From positions 94,116,001 through 94,180,000 of the forward strand of contig NC_042997.1 in the NCBI RefSeq assembly GCF_006345805.1: a stretch of 64,000 nucleotides of DNA, given 5' to 3'. The position numbers were made by a program, and so were the translations under genes. The DNA comes from Octopus sinensis. Lineage: Eukaryota. Shown here one piece after another: positions 27,554 to 41,453 of this stretch. Below the pieces are notes generated by a model that was given only the letters and a program-made list of their open reading frames with translations, did not search any database and was not told the DNA's origin. Every line of letters starts with the position of its first letter. Position 1 is the first letter of the stretch.

Positions 27554-27722
27554 TACTTCTTTGAAATCCTAAATTTATATCACTGTATAGCTAGCGTATT
27601 TGCCAAGCAATAACTTCTAATAATTATAGTATTGTAGATTCTTTGTACATCTGTTTAAAAAAAACAAGACTTTTAAAGTGAAATTTAAAAGTGGGTAATT
27701 CCTTAGAATACAAACACCAAAC

Positions 27723-27830
27723 ACCTTATTCGTCAGCCAAATCACTTAAGAGTGCTTATCCCCACATTCGTCAGCCAAATCACTTCCCGAGGGCTTATTT
27801 CCATATTCCTCAGCTAAATCACTTAAAGTG
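27723..27830. repeat. Three-copy about 38-bp minisatellite
   Basis: attcgtcagccaaatcactt..gcttat repeated three times; related gagggcttatttcc at about 28488. Confidence 0.75.
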
Positions 27831-28702
27831 CTGGGCTGTAACTTAAAACGATTATAGTTCTTGAGTTGCCTTCCATTATTCTGATAAGCAAGTTAAGGAA
27901 CATTTTATCACTGTTCAAAGTTTTTAGTTTACATAGGCTGCGAGGCATTCTAACTATTGAGCTTGTTGATGGTTTCCATGCTAAACTAAATAGAAAAATC
28001 CAACCATTTTCTAACCTGTTCAATTTTGGGTCGAAGACATCATAAAATAAGTAATGTTATTCAATTAATGTCACGTTTATATTCCATGTAGCTACTACAT
28101 CTTTGAAGTCAGAGAACTAGTTAATAAAATTTGGAATTCGCTCATATAATATTGAGAGTTTGGATATGCATTTGAGGTACCACGTCACAACATACGCTTG
28201 GTTATTCTCCGAACATGATTTTATTAAAATCGTTTGCAGCATAATAACTTGTATAGACGCTGAGTTTATATACGTTAGCAGTTCTAAGCTGTGATAACTC
28301 GGTGACTCTGATCCTTGATTTAAAATAAGACTCTCAGCCCAGCTCGTTGTGTGTCGCTTTTGGTCAGCGGACGACAATTTTGTTCAAGAATGCACATTTA
28401 CCATGATACTTTCTACTCTTAACCTGTAACTCTACACAGCATTTTAGCACTCGGGTGCTGCTAAAGAGTTGCCTATGCTTGACTCAGGAGGGCTTATTTC
28501 CGTATTCGTTCGTCACGATTATATCTTGACGCTGAAACATATCTGCCGCCGGGAGCCCTGACAAGAATCTGATCTATCTCACAATATGAAAGCAAATTCT
28601 CTCCACATATCACAATAATTAGTAGTAGCAGTAATGATATTCTACATGATCACAAGAGGGAAATACAATCAATGTATGTATGTATGTATGTATGTATGTA
28701 TG

Positions 28703-28733
<31 letters not shown>

Positions 28734-28815
28734 TATATATATATATATATATATACGTAAACATACACATACACGTGTACATATACGCATGCATACATAC
28801 ATACATATATATATA

Positions 28816-30079
28816 CGAGGGCCGTTCAATAAGTAATGCCCCTGACCCACTTCCCATAGCAGTAGAGCAACCACACTTGGCACAGTTATTAGTCTTTTCC
28901 TACATAGGAACTACCCAGAGTTATGCATTTCTCCCATCGTTTGATACAGCTCTGGAGACCGTTTTTGTAGAAGACCCCAGCTTGGTCCTCCAACCACGAC
29001 GTGACTTCAGAAATCAAGGCTGCATCATCTGGGAAACGCTTTCCTTTCAAAATCAACTTCATGGCTGGGAAGAGGTGAAAATCAGAGAGTGCACGGGGAG
29101 GAGATCATAGCTGCACGCCTGTGCTTCTGATCTGGCGACACGCGAGTTGTGGACCGGAGCGTTGTCCTGCAGGAGGAGGATGCCTTTGCTGATCTTGCCC
29201 CGCCTCTTGATCTTGATAGCTTCTCTTAATTTCCTCAAAAGTGAAGCATAATAGGCTCCTGTAATTGTGGTACCCTTTGCCAGGAAATCTGTCATCACTA
29301 CTCCGTCCTGGTTCCAGAAGACTGTGAGCATAACCTTGTCAGCGGAGGGCTGCACCCTTGCCTTCTTTGGAGGAGGTGAGTCACGGTGCTTTCAATGCAT
29401 TGACTGGGCTTTGGTCTATGGATCATAGTGATGGACCCAGGTTCTATCCTGTGTGATCAGTCTTTTGAAAAATTTTGACTAATCTTCTTGGCACATCTCC
29501 AAATTCATCCTCGAGCACTCAACGCGTCCTTGCTTCTGGAAAGGTGTGAGTAACCTGGAAATCCATCTGGCAGACACCTTTTGCAAATGGTCATGAATGA
29601 TAGTTTCCACAGACCCGGTACTAGTCTTGACCTTATGGGCTATTTGGCGAATAGTTATGCGTTGACCTTCCAAAATGGCAGCCTCAACTTGACGGACAGA
29701 CGTCTCATCAACGGCAGAAGGGGGCGACCAGATCTGGGAGCTGTTTCCACAGAGTTCCGACTATGTTTGAATTCACAATGCCAGCGTTTTACAAGGTCAT
29801 ATGATGGGGCATCATCACCATAAGTTACTTTCATTTCATCAAAAGTCTCTCGTGGTGTGCGTCCTTTCAAATACAAAAACCAGATCACTGCTCGACACTC
29901 AACAGGCTCCATTTCACACTTGACTCAGTTCAAATACCTGTAAAGCAGAGACCACAATTAGTTCAGAGCTGTAATTCGCCACTTAATCTATAGAGGTATA
30001 AATAAGTGCACATGCAAACTTTCAGCTAGATCAAACAACTGCAAGTGGGTCAGGGGCATTACTTATTGAACGCCCCTCG
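28816..30079 (-). mobile_element. Full-length mariner (irritans/Hsmar2-like) with inactivated transposase (about 28885-29912)
   Basis: TIRs CGAGGG(C/G)CGTTCAATAAGTAATGCCCCTGACCCACTT, TA TSD. MEPVECRAVIWFLYLKG.., VSARWI, TQDRTWVHHYDP, SADKVMLTVFW, LLQDNAPVH; stops and frameshifts. Confidence 0.95.
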
Positions 30080-30201
30080 TACATACATTGTTATATTTAT
30101 GCAAATACACAGGCATATGCATATGTAGGCTCAAACACCCTCATAAATACACTGGCGTACTCTCGCTGTCACATAGACAGGCATATGTAGATATTTACAT
30201 A

Positions 30202-30246
<45 letters not shown>

Positions 30247-30734
30247 ACGTATGTATGAATTTATGCCTATATATTCATGTATATATACATACGTATACAT
30301 ATATATACATATACATATATATAGAGAGAGACGTACATACATAAATGTATATATATGTATAAATATGTACATATGTATGTATACGCGCAACGTATATTTT
30401 TTTGAATTAGGGCAAACGACTGTGAATCCAGATATATGATTGCCAATAGTACAGAAAATGAAAAGAAAACGTTTGGAAATTATGGTATTGATTGATCTAA
30501 GGCAATTGTAATATTTATTTCTTTCACTCGTTGTTCATTAAGTCTTTTGAATCCTAAATTATATATAACCACATTTATAGGACATATTTTCACGCGCATA
30601 GTATATGGCATCTATACTTTATTCATACATACATACATACATAAATGCAAACACACACAGATACACGCATACATACATGCATACGTACTTACGTACATAG
30701 GCACATACATACATACATACATACGTACATAGGC

Positions 30735-30779
<45 letters not shown>

Positions 30780-31769
30780 ATATATATATATATATCTACA
30801 CACACACGAATATATATATATATATATACACACATAAATGCACATACACATACACACTTGGACATTCACATACATATATATCTATACCTACCTACCTACC
30901 TACCTACCTACCTAATCACCTACGTACCTATTTAACTCTCCTCTCTCTCTCTCTCTGTATCTGTCTATACATATATATACGTACATGTGTGTGTGTGTTA
31001 GTGTACTTTTGTCCAATTACAGTCAAATACACAATGACTCGTGGGTACGCATACGTATATGTACAGATATGTATGTGTATCCATGCATGCATGCGTACGT
31101 AACTTCGTGTGATCATTTCCCCAGTTTGTACTTAGATTAATAAGACGGTGTTTCATAAAAGTTAAGTCTAAATAAATAGTAAAAAAGGACTAATATAATA
31201 CGGCCTAGTTTAACACTAGAATTCGATGCACTTTTGATTGAATTCGACAAGCCTATTTACATTTTGACTTATGCGCTGTCATTTCTTGTGATGTTTTTTT
31301 TTTTTTCTCTCATTGTTCTTCAATCGTTATTTTTGCTATATCTCAATCGAAATTCAATCTAGATTTGTGTGTCCCTTTAGAGTGGTGCCAATATATAAGT
31401 TTTGATATGATTGAATGAGATTCACCAAATGGAAAACATAAGTGGCGTTGGGAGATTAGAATGCCAGTGTTCTTAAGAGGTCCCTTTCTTTGGAAAATAT
31501 GTTAGAAATTCTCTTCAAGGAGCGCGAATCGATTCCATTGTAGGATATTTATTGCACTGATTCTTCTCAGTGCCAATCACGGTTAATATTTTCAAATTCT
31601 AATACTTGATTGAGGTATCCTTTTACAATTTGGCGTGTTTTCAGATTCCCACTTTTTCAAATGCTATTGCCAACATTATGAAAAATAGTTTTACATTTTT
31701 GTTTTCTATTTTAATTATAAATGCTTTAAATAATGTACGAAATTAGATGAACAACACCGCTAGCCACCA

Positions 31770-31944
31770 GACATATCTGTATAGGTAAGAAGCTTGCTTC
31801 CCAACCATGTGGTCTTGGGTTCAGTTCCTCTTCGTGGCACCTTGCGCAAGTGTTTTCCAATATAACTCTGAACCGACCAAAGCCTTGTGAATGGATTTAG
31901 TAGACGGAAACTGAAAGACGCCTGTGATGTGTGTGTGTGTATAA

Positions 31945-31975
<31 letters not shown>

Positions 31976-32285
31976 TGTATGTATGTATGTATGTATGTAT
32001 GTATGTATGTATGTGTATGTATGTATGTATGCATATAAATGTCTGGTATGTGTGCTTGCATATGTATCTATGTGTGTGTTTTTTGTGTTTGTGTTTTGTT
32101 TGCTCCACACCACTGTATTACAACGGGTATTGTTTTGTTTACACCTCTGTAAATTAGCTGTTCGATAAAATAAAGACCACACTTAAAAAATAAGCAATTT
32201 TGTCAATTTCTTCGACTAACCCTTTCAAGTCAGTGGTGTCCCAACATGGCCGCAGCACAATGTCTTAAACAAGTAAAAAAATCAC
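31770..32285 (+). mobile_element. SINE family A, diverged
   Basis: ggtaagaagcttgcttcccaacc..gggttcagttcc..gtagacggaaactgaaag..caacatggccgcag..aaacaagtaaaa. Confidence 0.82.
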
Positions 32286-32443
32286 TAAAAAACCCCTTCC
32301 TTTCCTAATACTCTACGAATAAATATAATTTGTATAAATATCATTAATCTGCACGAGTGGTTCTCCACTATTTTAGTTACCTATGGAACTCCTTTGTTTC
32401 CTATTTTACTCAGATGGAGCCATTTGCTGTTTAAAAACTCCTA

Positions 32444-32464
32444 TTATCTCTTATATAAAATCCG

Positions 32465-32506
<42 letters not shown>

Positions 32507-33071
32507 CTTCTAGGATCTCGGGTATCCTCCATCCGATTGCGCTCAAATTTGATATGTAGATACCAACGGTATCAGGGCGTGTATAAGTCTTGAAAAAATT
32601 ACAAATATCCATTCCAGGTGAGAATGGGATCGATAAAGGTGTGGGAAATCGTTTTTTCTTTTTTGGAATAGAAAAAAGTCTATCTTTGTTTCTTCTTTTG
32701 CTGGTGTCTCAAATTTAGGTTAAATCATTGTTTCTCAAAGGGGAGGCCTATGGGACATCCCCTTTGAGAAACACTGTGTGTGTGGCTTCTAGTATCTCGG
32801 GTATCCTCCATCCGATTGCGCTCAAATTTGATATGTAGATACCAACGGTATCAGGGCGTGTATAAGTCTTGAAAAAATTACAAATATCCATTCCAGGTGA
32901 GAATGGGATCGATAAAGGTGTGGGAAATCGTTTTTTTCTTTTTTGGAATAGAAAAAAGTCTATCTTTGTTTCTTCTTTTGCTGGTGTCTCAAATTTAGGT
33001 TAAATCATTGTTTCTCAAAGGGGAGGCCTATGGGACATCCCCTTTGAGAAACACTGATTTAACCTAAATTT
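32444..33071 (+). mobile_element. Helitron-like non-autonomous element with 279-bp tandem duplication and terminal hairpin, following a hAT-MITE 5' fragment (32355-32443)
   Basis: Starts TCTCTTATATAAAA then (TG)n then catccgattgcgctcaaatttg. Units at about 32497-32776 and 32777-33056; 34-bp-arm hairpin 32991-33071. Confidence 0.55.
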
Positions 33072-33117
33072 AGTAGACGGAAACTGAAAGACTCCTGTGA
33101 TGTGTGTGTGTGTATAA

Positions 33118-33148
<31 letters not shown>

Positions 33149-33246
33149 TGTATATAAATGTCTGGTATGTGTGCTTGCGTATGTATCTATGTGTGTGTTT
33201 TTGTGTTTGTGTTTCGTTTGCTCCTCACCACTGCATTACAACGGAC
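33068..33246 (+). repeat. Local duplication of SINE interior 31896-32126
   Basis: atttagtagacggaaactgaaagac..caccactg(c/t)attacaacgg shares private features with the 31770 copy. Confidence 0.8.
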
Positions 33247-33939
33247 AAGTTGTTTTGAGAAAATTTGGTTTAAATGTTTGACAACTCAGCACCGTCCATT
33301 GGACTGGGGGCGTTTTGCTCGTATTTATATAATTAAATATTATTAGGAATTGTATAAAAATTATTTAAAATATTTTGTGTATTGTAGAAGTATAACCAAT
33401 CTATTGCAGATAAATTCTAACAAAATCTTATGTGGATGCCTAAGGGTCGTACGAACCCCAATGAACCGCTGATTTACACCTTCGTTTTATTTAAACCGTT
33501 CAGCGTATGTAAAATTTTCAATAACGTTCCAAAATTTTTTTTTCTTTCAAAATATACTGATTGGAAAGCAAGGAAATACAGAAACTAAATCAAATGCAAC
33601 AAAATAAAAGTTATAATCTATCCCCGTCTCCTCCTCCAAAACGATAAATAGCTGACATTTTGAAAAACAAAAACAAAAACAGAAGCAAGGTAATTTGAAT
33701 TTATGAACGCCATTGGTGGAAAGTAACATCTACTCTTTTCTCCAATGAAACTGTATAATATACATGTAATAAATCAGCATTGATTATAAACCTTTCTTTT
33801 ATAGGAAAACCTGCAGAACCTCTTTGTTCGTGTCACATTGGCATTCACCTATAGTTTATTAACGAATGAGATTGCAGCTATAAATCTCCCAGCATATTAA
33901 ATCTAACGTTTTAATATTGATGTAGTTATTGATAACCTG

Positions 33940-33985
33940 GATGTTATTGTTGATGATGATGATGGTGGTGATTGTGATGATGATG

Positions 33986-34016
<31 letters not shown>

Positions 34017-35550
34017 ATACGAAGACGAAGACGATGATGATGATGATGTCGATGATGATAATGGTGATGATGCTGATGATGCAGATGCTGATGATGAAAA
34101 TAATGATGATAATGATGATGATGATGATCATCATCATCATCATGAACATGATAAATGTACATGCAAGTAAAATCAAAGTAACAATGTGACATGTCTTCGT
34201 AATCATCATTACCACTACTACCACAACCATCAACGTCACCACTATAACCACCACTATTACACCAACACTGTCACTACTAGCGCCACACGAAAGACACCAC
34301 CACCACCACCACCACCACCACCACCGCCACCGCCACCACCACTACCGCTACCACCACTACCGCTACCGCTACTACCGTCGCCATTACCACAACCACAATA
34401 AAAACCACCGCCACCACCACCACCAACAACAACAACACAACCACCGCATTCACAATAACAGCCACAGACATTATTTCTATGTGAAAGCAAAACAACCATT
34501 TACGTCACTGAGACGTCGTTACGGTCGCCATTAGTCCGCTGTTGTGTCATCCATAACCATTGCAATTACTATTTTTCAAATAGATGTGATACTTATTGAG
34601 TGAGGAAAAGGTGTAAATGGATATAATTATGCTCGTGTCCATCATACGCTGCAGGTCACACTACACTACCTCTGTCGATACCATCAGAGCCTCTCATTTG
34701 CCATCATCCTTTTTGAGAGATACTTCAACATTGTTAAAGGATCCCGTTGCATTCGTAAACACAACGTTTCACTGGTTCAACGACCAGCGATAAAAATATG
34801 AAAAATGATCGGAGTGAATGAACAGAGAACAGCAGTGGCAATAGTAGCAGCAACCACAGCAAATGCAGATGCAGTAGCAACAGCAATAACAGCGGACTTA
34901 GCAGCAATGGCAACAGCGGTGAGAAAAATATAAAAATGGCGACAATTTCATAACACGGCAGTATCAAGAATACATCTTTAACAGTGATGAATATGCAACA
35001 AGCGTGATCCGTTCACCCATTAACACCCATTACGATCCATTATGATGTCCAACAGCATAAACATAGCTGGCAAACCAAACAACACTGCCAACTTCTCTTG
35101 CGTTTTCATCACAACCACCACCACCACCACCACCATCAGCGTTGTCGCCCTCGTCGTCGTCGTCGTCGATGTTATCGTTGTCGACGTCGTCGTCGTCATC
35201 ATCATCATCATCATCAACATCATCATCAATCATTATCAGCATCATCATCGTCGTTATCATCATCATCATCATCACCAACAACAACAGCATCGCCACCACC
35301 GCTCACACCACCGCGGCTACCACCACCACCACCACCACCTCCACTGCAAAGCGTCTGATCCTAGACAGGATCTGTCTCCTGACATTTTCCAAACACTCCT
35401 CTTTCAACATTGATGGCGACGAATAAAAGAACTCATTGCTACATTAGCATCAACAGTATGTATTACTCTGTACGATCTCCAGCATTATCTATTGCCTTGA
35501 TTGCACCACACCACCACCACCACCATCCCCATTACTACTACTACTACAAA

Positions 35551-35610
<60 letters not shown>
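33940..35610. repeat. Cluster of trinucleotide microsatellites (GAT, CAC, CAT, TAC)
   Basis: Direct inspection; explains the poly-M/H/P/Y/T ORFs. Confidence 0.95.
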
Positions 35611-35879
35611 GGCAGAGTCTTTAATCGGTCGGTATAGATTCCTTAGAAATAGTAGCCAAATGCACTTCAAACAATACACTGATGTTTGCTATGTCTGTAT
35701 GATCGTGGTTCAAATGTATTTAATCTCAGGTACCCTCAGCATGATCATATCTGTAGCTAAAGCCAAAACTAATAAAGACATACAAATTTCGAAAAAAAAA
35801 GAAAGATTGGTGAAAGACTACATGACATCCAGCACTAGTAGAAATAGCAGCCAAATCGCTAACAAATTACACGCTACTA

Positions 35880-36232
35880 TTTTAATATTGGCTTCAAATG
35901 TTCGGTCAAAGCCATCAACTTCAGAGGAGGGTTAAATCGACTGGTACTTATTTTATCGATTCTGAAAGAATGAAATGTAAAGTCGACCTCAACAGAATTT
36001 GAACGCAGAATGTAAGACGGAAGAAATGCCACTAAGCATTTTGTCCAGCGTGCTTACGGTTCTGCCAGCACGCCGTTTTCGTACCGTTTTGTTATTTCTA
36101 ACACACATTGATTTCAAATTTTGGGTGGGGGTAAATCGATTAGATCAACTTTAGTGCTTAACTGGTACTTATATTATAGACCCCGGAAAGATGAAAGGCA
36201 AAGTCGTCCTCGGCGGAATTTGAACTTAGAAC
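35880..36232 (-). mobile_element. Two adjacent SINE family B fragments
   Basis: ctggtacttattttatcga..gaaagaatgaaa..aagtcgacctc..gaatttgaac..tctgccagc. Confidence 0.8.
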
Positions 36233-36404
36233 GAATATTTCTAACACATATCGGGCACTGTATACATGTATCGAGTGAGATAGGCAACACTGTTACTGTT
36301 ATAAAGCGCTTGTGTCTGCACGGCAAGGAATGGCTCTGGGACCATGAAACAACAAAAAGCAAAAGCAAATGTCACGCTTTGGACTACTCGTAGTTTATGT
36401 AAAC

Positions 36405-36729
36405 CAGTGGTTCTCAGCCATTTTTTTTTATCTATGGATCCCTTTCATTACTGTTTATTCTGGTGAATCCCCATAGCTATTTGATGTTTAAACAATTAAA
36501 TTTATAGAAACCCCTTTCTATTTCCTATTTTGTTTTTCACACATTCACTTGTGTAGGTTGAACTATGTACAATGTTAGAGAAAGAAACCTAGCTGTTTCT
36601 TGCAGGGGCATTTTTTCAGAGACCCTCAAAAATCTATTGAGGACACCCGATTTACTATTTTGTTGCGTGGACCCCCAAAACCTTATACGGATCCTCAGGG
36701 GCTATATGGACCCCTGTTGAGAAACACTG
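36405..36729. mobile_element. hAT (Charlie-like) MITE
   Basis: TIRs CAGTGGTTCTCA / TGAGAAACACTG; degenerate 8-bp TSD atgtaaac/atgtagtc. Confidence 0.8.
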
Positions 36730-37202
36730 ATGTAGTCAATACTATCTGCCAGTCTATCTGTCTTATAGGCTTCAAGGTTTTGCCGTTACGTAACAATACA
36801 AAACCGACACCCGGGCTGGCATGGCATCTTGTGCACTCCTCTCATTCGTCCTTACAAGCGTTTCCCCCGTGTGTTAGGTTTGCCTTCGAGTCGTTTTGGG
36901 AGAGTGAGTTGTTGTTTTTGCTACTGCTATTGTTGTTCTTATTTTCATGTCACTGGTATCGTTGATGAAGTCACTATTGTTGTTGTACTGTCATTTTTGT
37001 TATTGTTGCAGCTGGCGTCGTGTTTTGTTAATGTTGATAAAAACTTTTCCTTACTGTTGTCATTACCACAATTGTTATTGCTGTCGTTGTTCTTGTTTTT
37101 GTAGTTTTCGTAAAAATATTCTCTAATAATGTGGTTGTCGTATGAGAAGTTTCCCTGCAGCTTCTTTGTTGATTCTGACGCTATAATAATAACAACAACA
37201 AC

Positions 37203-37279
<77 letters not shown>

Positions 37280-38737
37280 GCCCACCCATCACGCACAAAC
37301 AAATGAAACGAAATAGGATATGTAAAATTATATGTATAATTTGGCAGTCACCTTTTTCACCCAGTGAAGTAGGGCCTCCTAATCAAAGTTTAAAAAAATA
37401 TAACTGTAAATATATTGTTTTCAACAAAATTTGAACTTCGGGACCCGGTACGAACGGCAATAATAGCAACAACAGAAACAACATCAATCATCATCATCAA
37501 CAACAACAACAACAACAACACCAACGTCATTAACAAAAACAGCAAGAACAATAATAATGAGCTACAAGAGAAAGTAGTAGTAGTGGAAGGAGACGAAGAA
37601 GAAGAAGAAGAAGAAGAAGAAGAAAGAAGAAAGAAGAAAGAAGAAAGAAGAAAGAAGAAGAAGAAGAAGAAGAAGAAGAAGAAGAAGAAGAAGAAGAAGA
37701 AGAAGAAGAAGCAAGGCTACATTATATATTTGAAAGAAATATATGTGCATGTATTTGTGAAGGAACATTTTCTCTGCACATATTAAAGGTAGATGGATCT
37801 ATTTTGAACTTCTAAATTGTGTATCCATTAATATCTGTAAGAAATTTTGCTATGTAATTAATGTGCTTGAAGGTATTTCTATTATATATCATTTTATTAT
37901 ACGACACGTATCCTAGCTCATCATTTGGTAGTGGGCATGTGTATACTTAATAACTAAATAACTTGCTAAAAAAGGCAGCATTTCTGAAAAGCAAAGAGAG
38001 AAAAATGATTTTCCTTTGTAGTCATCGATAAAAGTATAATGGACTTTCTAGCTTCAGTAGCTTCCGAGATATCTTATCTGACACTAAAGCAATCAATCAT
38101 ACTAACAAATGAGGGAAATAATGGTAACTAAGGTTTTGGTGTTCGGTTCTGGTATGAAATGGTGGTGGTGGAGTATAAAACAAAACAAAAAAGCTACATG
38201 TATTATTATTATTAAACAAACCAGAAACGAATAACAACGACAAGAAACAAAGACAAGACAAACAGTTCAGGATAATCCAAACAAGATACCTAGCTACAGT
38301 AATGGCTCTATATCCAGCCAGTGATTGATTTGTAAAACCAAACCCACTGCTAAATAAACAAGCTCTATAATCAACATAGTATTACAGTTGCACATTGAAA
38401 ATGAATTACTGCGTTTAAGCATAAAGTAACGTTCATTTGAAAATAAAAATACTGGAAGCAAGTAGACATTATGCCCCATTACGTAAAGACGAAGCTAAAC
38501 TTCTGCATCGGACGTTTAGACAGCTACTATATACATTGAAACTACACTGCCCAGTAACAAAAAAAGAGAAACAAACAAAAAGCAAAAACCAAAAAAAACG
38601 AAAAAGATAATAGTGAGCTGTAAGGACACTGTGAGTGACATCAGGATTATGGTCTCCTTATATCCTTTGCCATTAATCTCCCCGATCTCTCAAGAAAATT
38701 TAACTCAGTTATGTAATCTTCGGGAGCCGATGCGACG

Positions 38738-38872
38738 TAGGATTAGGATTAGGGTTAGGGTTAGGGTTAGCGTTAGGGCTACCGTTACGGTTATGGTGAG
38801 AGTCAGAGTTAGGGTTAGGGCTAGAGTGAGGGTAAGTGTAAGGGTTAGAGTTAAGGTTAAGGTTAAGGTTAA
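38738..38872 (+). repeat. Interstitial telomere-like (TTAGGG)n, degenerate
   Basis: ttagggttagggttagggttagcgttagggct..., about 22 hexamers in phase. Confidence 0.75.
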
Positions 38873-39654
38873 CGACATAGTCCAAAACAAACGATAACAG
38901 CAAAAACAACAAAAACAACAACAACGATAATGAGCTTGAGAAGTAGTAGTAGTAGTAGAGGTAGAATACATTGAGTTGTCGGGACAGTATGACTGACATC
39001 AGGATTATGTTATCCATATGTCATTTGGCATGAAACTCCTTGCTCTCTCGAGAAAACCTTCCCAGTTACGTAACACCTTCGCCTGTAATGGTCTCTCCTT
39101 TTTACATTCATTTATATCTACCATAGTAGAATACAGTAACTACTTTCTCCTGTATTCTCCAACCACTAGAGCTGACCCGAGGCTAAACAATAGCAAGAAG
39201 AAATACAGGAATAAAGCAAAAGCTTCTACGTGGTGGTTGCTTGACCTACTAGGATTAATAACCAAATCTCATTCAGATCACAAATTGCTGTTTTAAATAA
39301 AGAAAAGACACACTTGATAAAGTAAGCATGCGTGCTATACAAAAACGAAAGAAAACCAAGACTTAAAATAAAACAAAATTGGTTTTGCATTCACGGAAAA
39401 TCCTTTCATCATAGGTCAGCTAAACAAAAACGACAAAAACCAAAGCAACAATAGAATCAGACCAGCAGCAGTAACAGTATCAGCACCATAAATAACAGCA
39501 ACAGTAACAGTTATATTACTCGAGACTACTTAAAAGAAACTAATATCTATTACTATTGCCGGCAAAAGAAACTGTAACAAGAAAACAATGAAAAAAAATA
39601 GAATTGTAGACGTCAGCATTGCAATCAGCTCCTTCAATGAAAGCGGCTGCAAGA

Positions 39655-39780
39655 ACTACTACTACTACAACTACTACTACTACTACTACAACGACGACGA
39701 CGACCATCACCACTACCACCGCCGCTACCAAACCACCAATACCACTACTACTCATACCACCACCACATCAGTCGCTGCTG

Positions 39781-39827
<47 letters not shown>

Positions 39828-40164
39828 GCTACTACTGCTGCTACTGCAGCTGCTGCTGCTGAAGATGGTGATGATGATGATGGTGATGACGACGGTGATA
39901 ATGATATCACTGTGCTATTGCTAGCCAAATTGAAAGGTTCTAAATATTGGCTCGACTTGCTAGAAGTAGCGGCCAAACCTCCTTCTAAATTCTATGTTAC
40001 TGTTATTAAAACATTAACAAGCTTTAGATAAAGTAGCCATAGAAACATGGTTGAGAGAAAAAACAAACGATAGGAGGTTCTTGGACTGAATACTTTTGCT
40101 CACAGGCAGCTATAACTACATAATCATCATCATCGTCATCATCATCATCGTTGTCAGCGTCATC

Positions 40165-40206
<42 letters not shown>

Positions 40207-40892
40207 GTCGTCGTCATCGTCGTCATCGTTGTCATTGTCGTCATCATCATCGTCATCGTTGTCGTCGTCTTCATTGTCGTCGTCATCATCATCATCATCT
40301 TCGTAGCTGTCGTCGTCGTCATCATCATCATCATTATTGTCGTCGTCGTCGTCGTCATCATCATCATCATCGTCATCGTCTCCTCCTCATCATTATCGTC
40401 GCCGTTGTGACGACCAAAACCACCACCACCATCATCATAATCATCTTTTAACATTAAGGTACTGTAAAACAAAATAGCCTAAGATTCTTATCTTGACCGT
40501 ACCATCTATCAACGGTGTGTTGTTTGTTTGATGTTTGACGTAAGATTCTTAATTAGAACACCTGCCAAGTTTGCCTGGGAAATATGGAAAAACTAATGGA
40601 AGCAAAATTAGCGAGAGCAAAAGCAAAAAACAAAAATCTAATAAAACTGAAACTAAAACCCAGAAACTGTTTTATATTATTGTGAATGTTTACTTTCATT
40701 GCTTTTTCCTCCTTTGTGATTGTACAATAATGAATTCTTTTCCAAATTCGTTGATGACCGACGTTGCCGTTGGTGTATATTGATCGGTTAGCAAGTTCAA
40801 ATAGAAAAAAATTGTATGAACAGTAGCATAACTCAGTAACGAAAAACCCTCAAAGAATATATGCGTGTGACGTATATGTATGTAGGTGTGCG

Positions 40893-40923
<31 letters not shown>

Positions 40924-40941
40924 ATCTATATATATATATAT

Positions 40942-40995
<54 letters not shown>

Positions 40996-41027
40996 ATATA
41001 TATATATATATATAATATTATATATAT

Positions 41028-41080
<53 letters not shown>

Positions 41081-41090
41081 TATATATATC

Positions 41091-41145
<55 letters not shown>

Positions 41146-41183
41146 ATATATATATCTATATCTATCTATCTATCTATATATAT

Positions 41184-41251
<68 letters not shown>

Positions 41252-41280
41252 ATGTATGTATGTATGTATATATATATACA
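39655..41280. repeat. Microsatellite cluster (TAC, CAT/CGT, long TA)
   Basis: Direct inspection. Confidence 0.95.
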
Positions 41281-41453
41281 GCAATAAGAAAATGGAAGGG
41301 ATCACGAGGTGGTATTCATCAACGTTTAGACATTATATCATATCTATTTATTAAAAAAAAAACAATTATAACATATTATGCTTTACATATATAATATATA
41401 AAAATATCAGTAATTGTTAAAATATAGAACGTAGAGCATAGAAATTAGGATAG

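Noticed and set aside
27723-27830. CRISPR-like repeat-spacer pattern
   Set aside because: The spacers are themselves similar; eukaryotic context; no cas genes.
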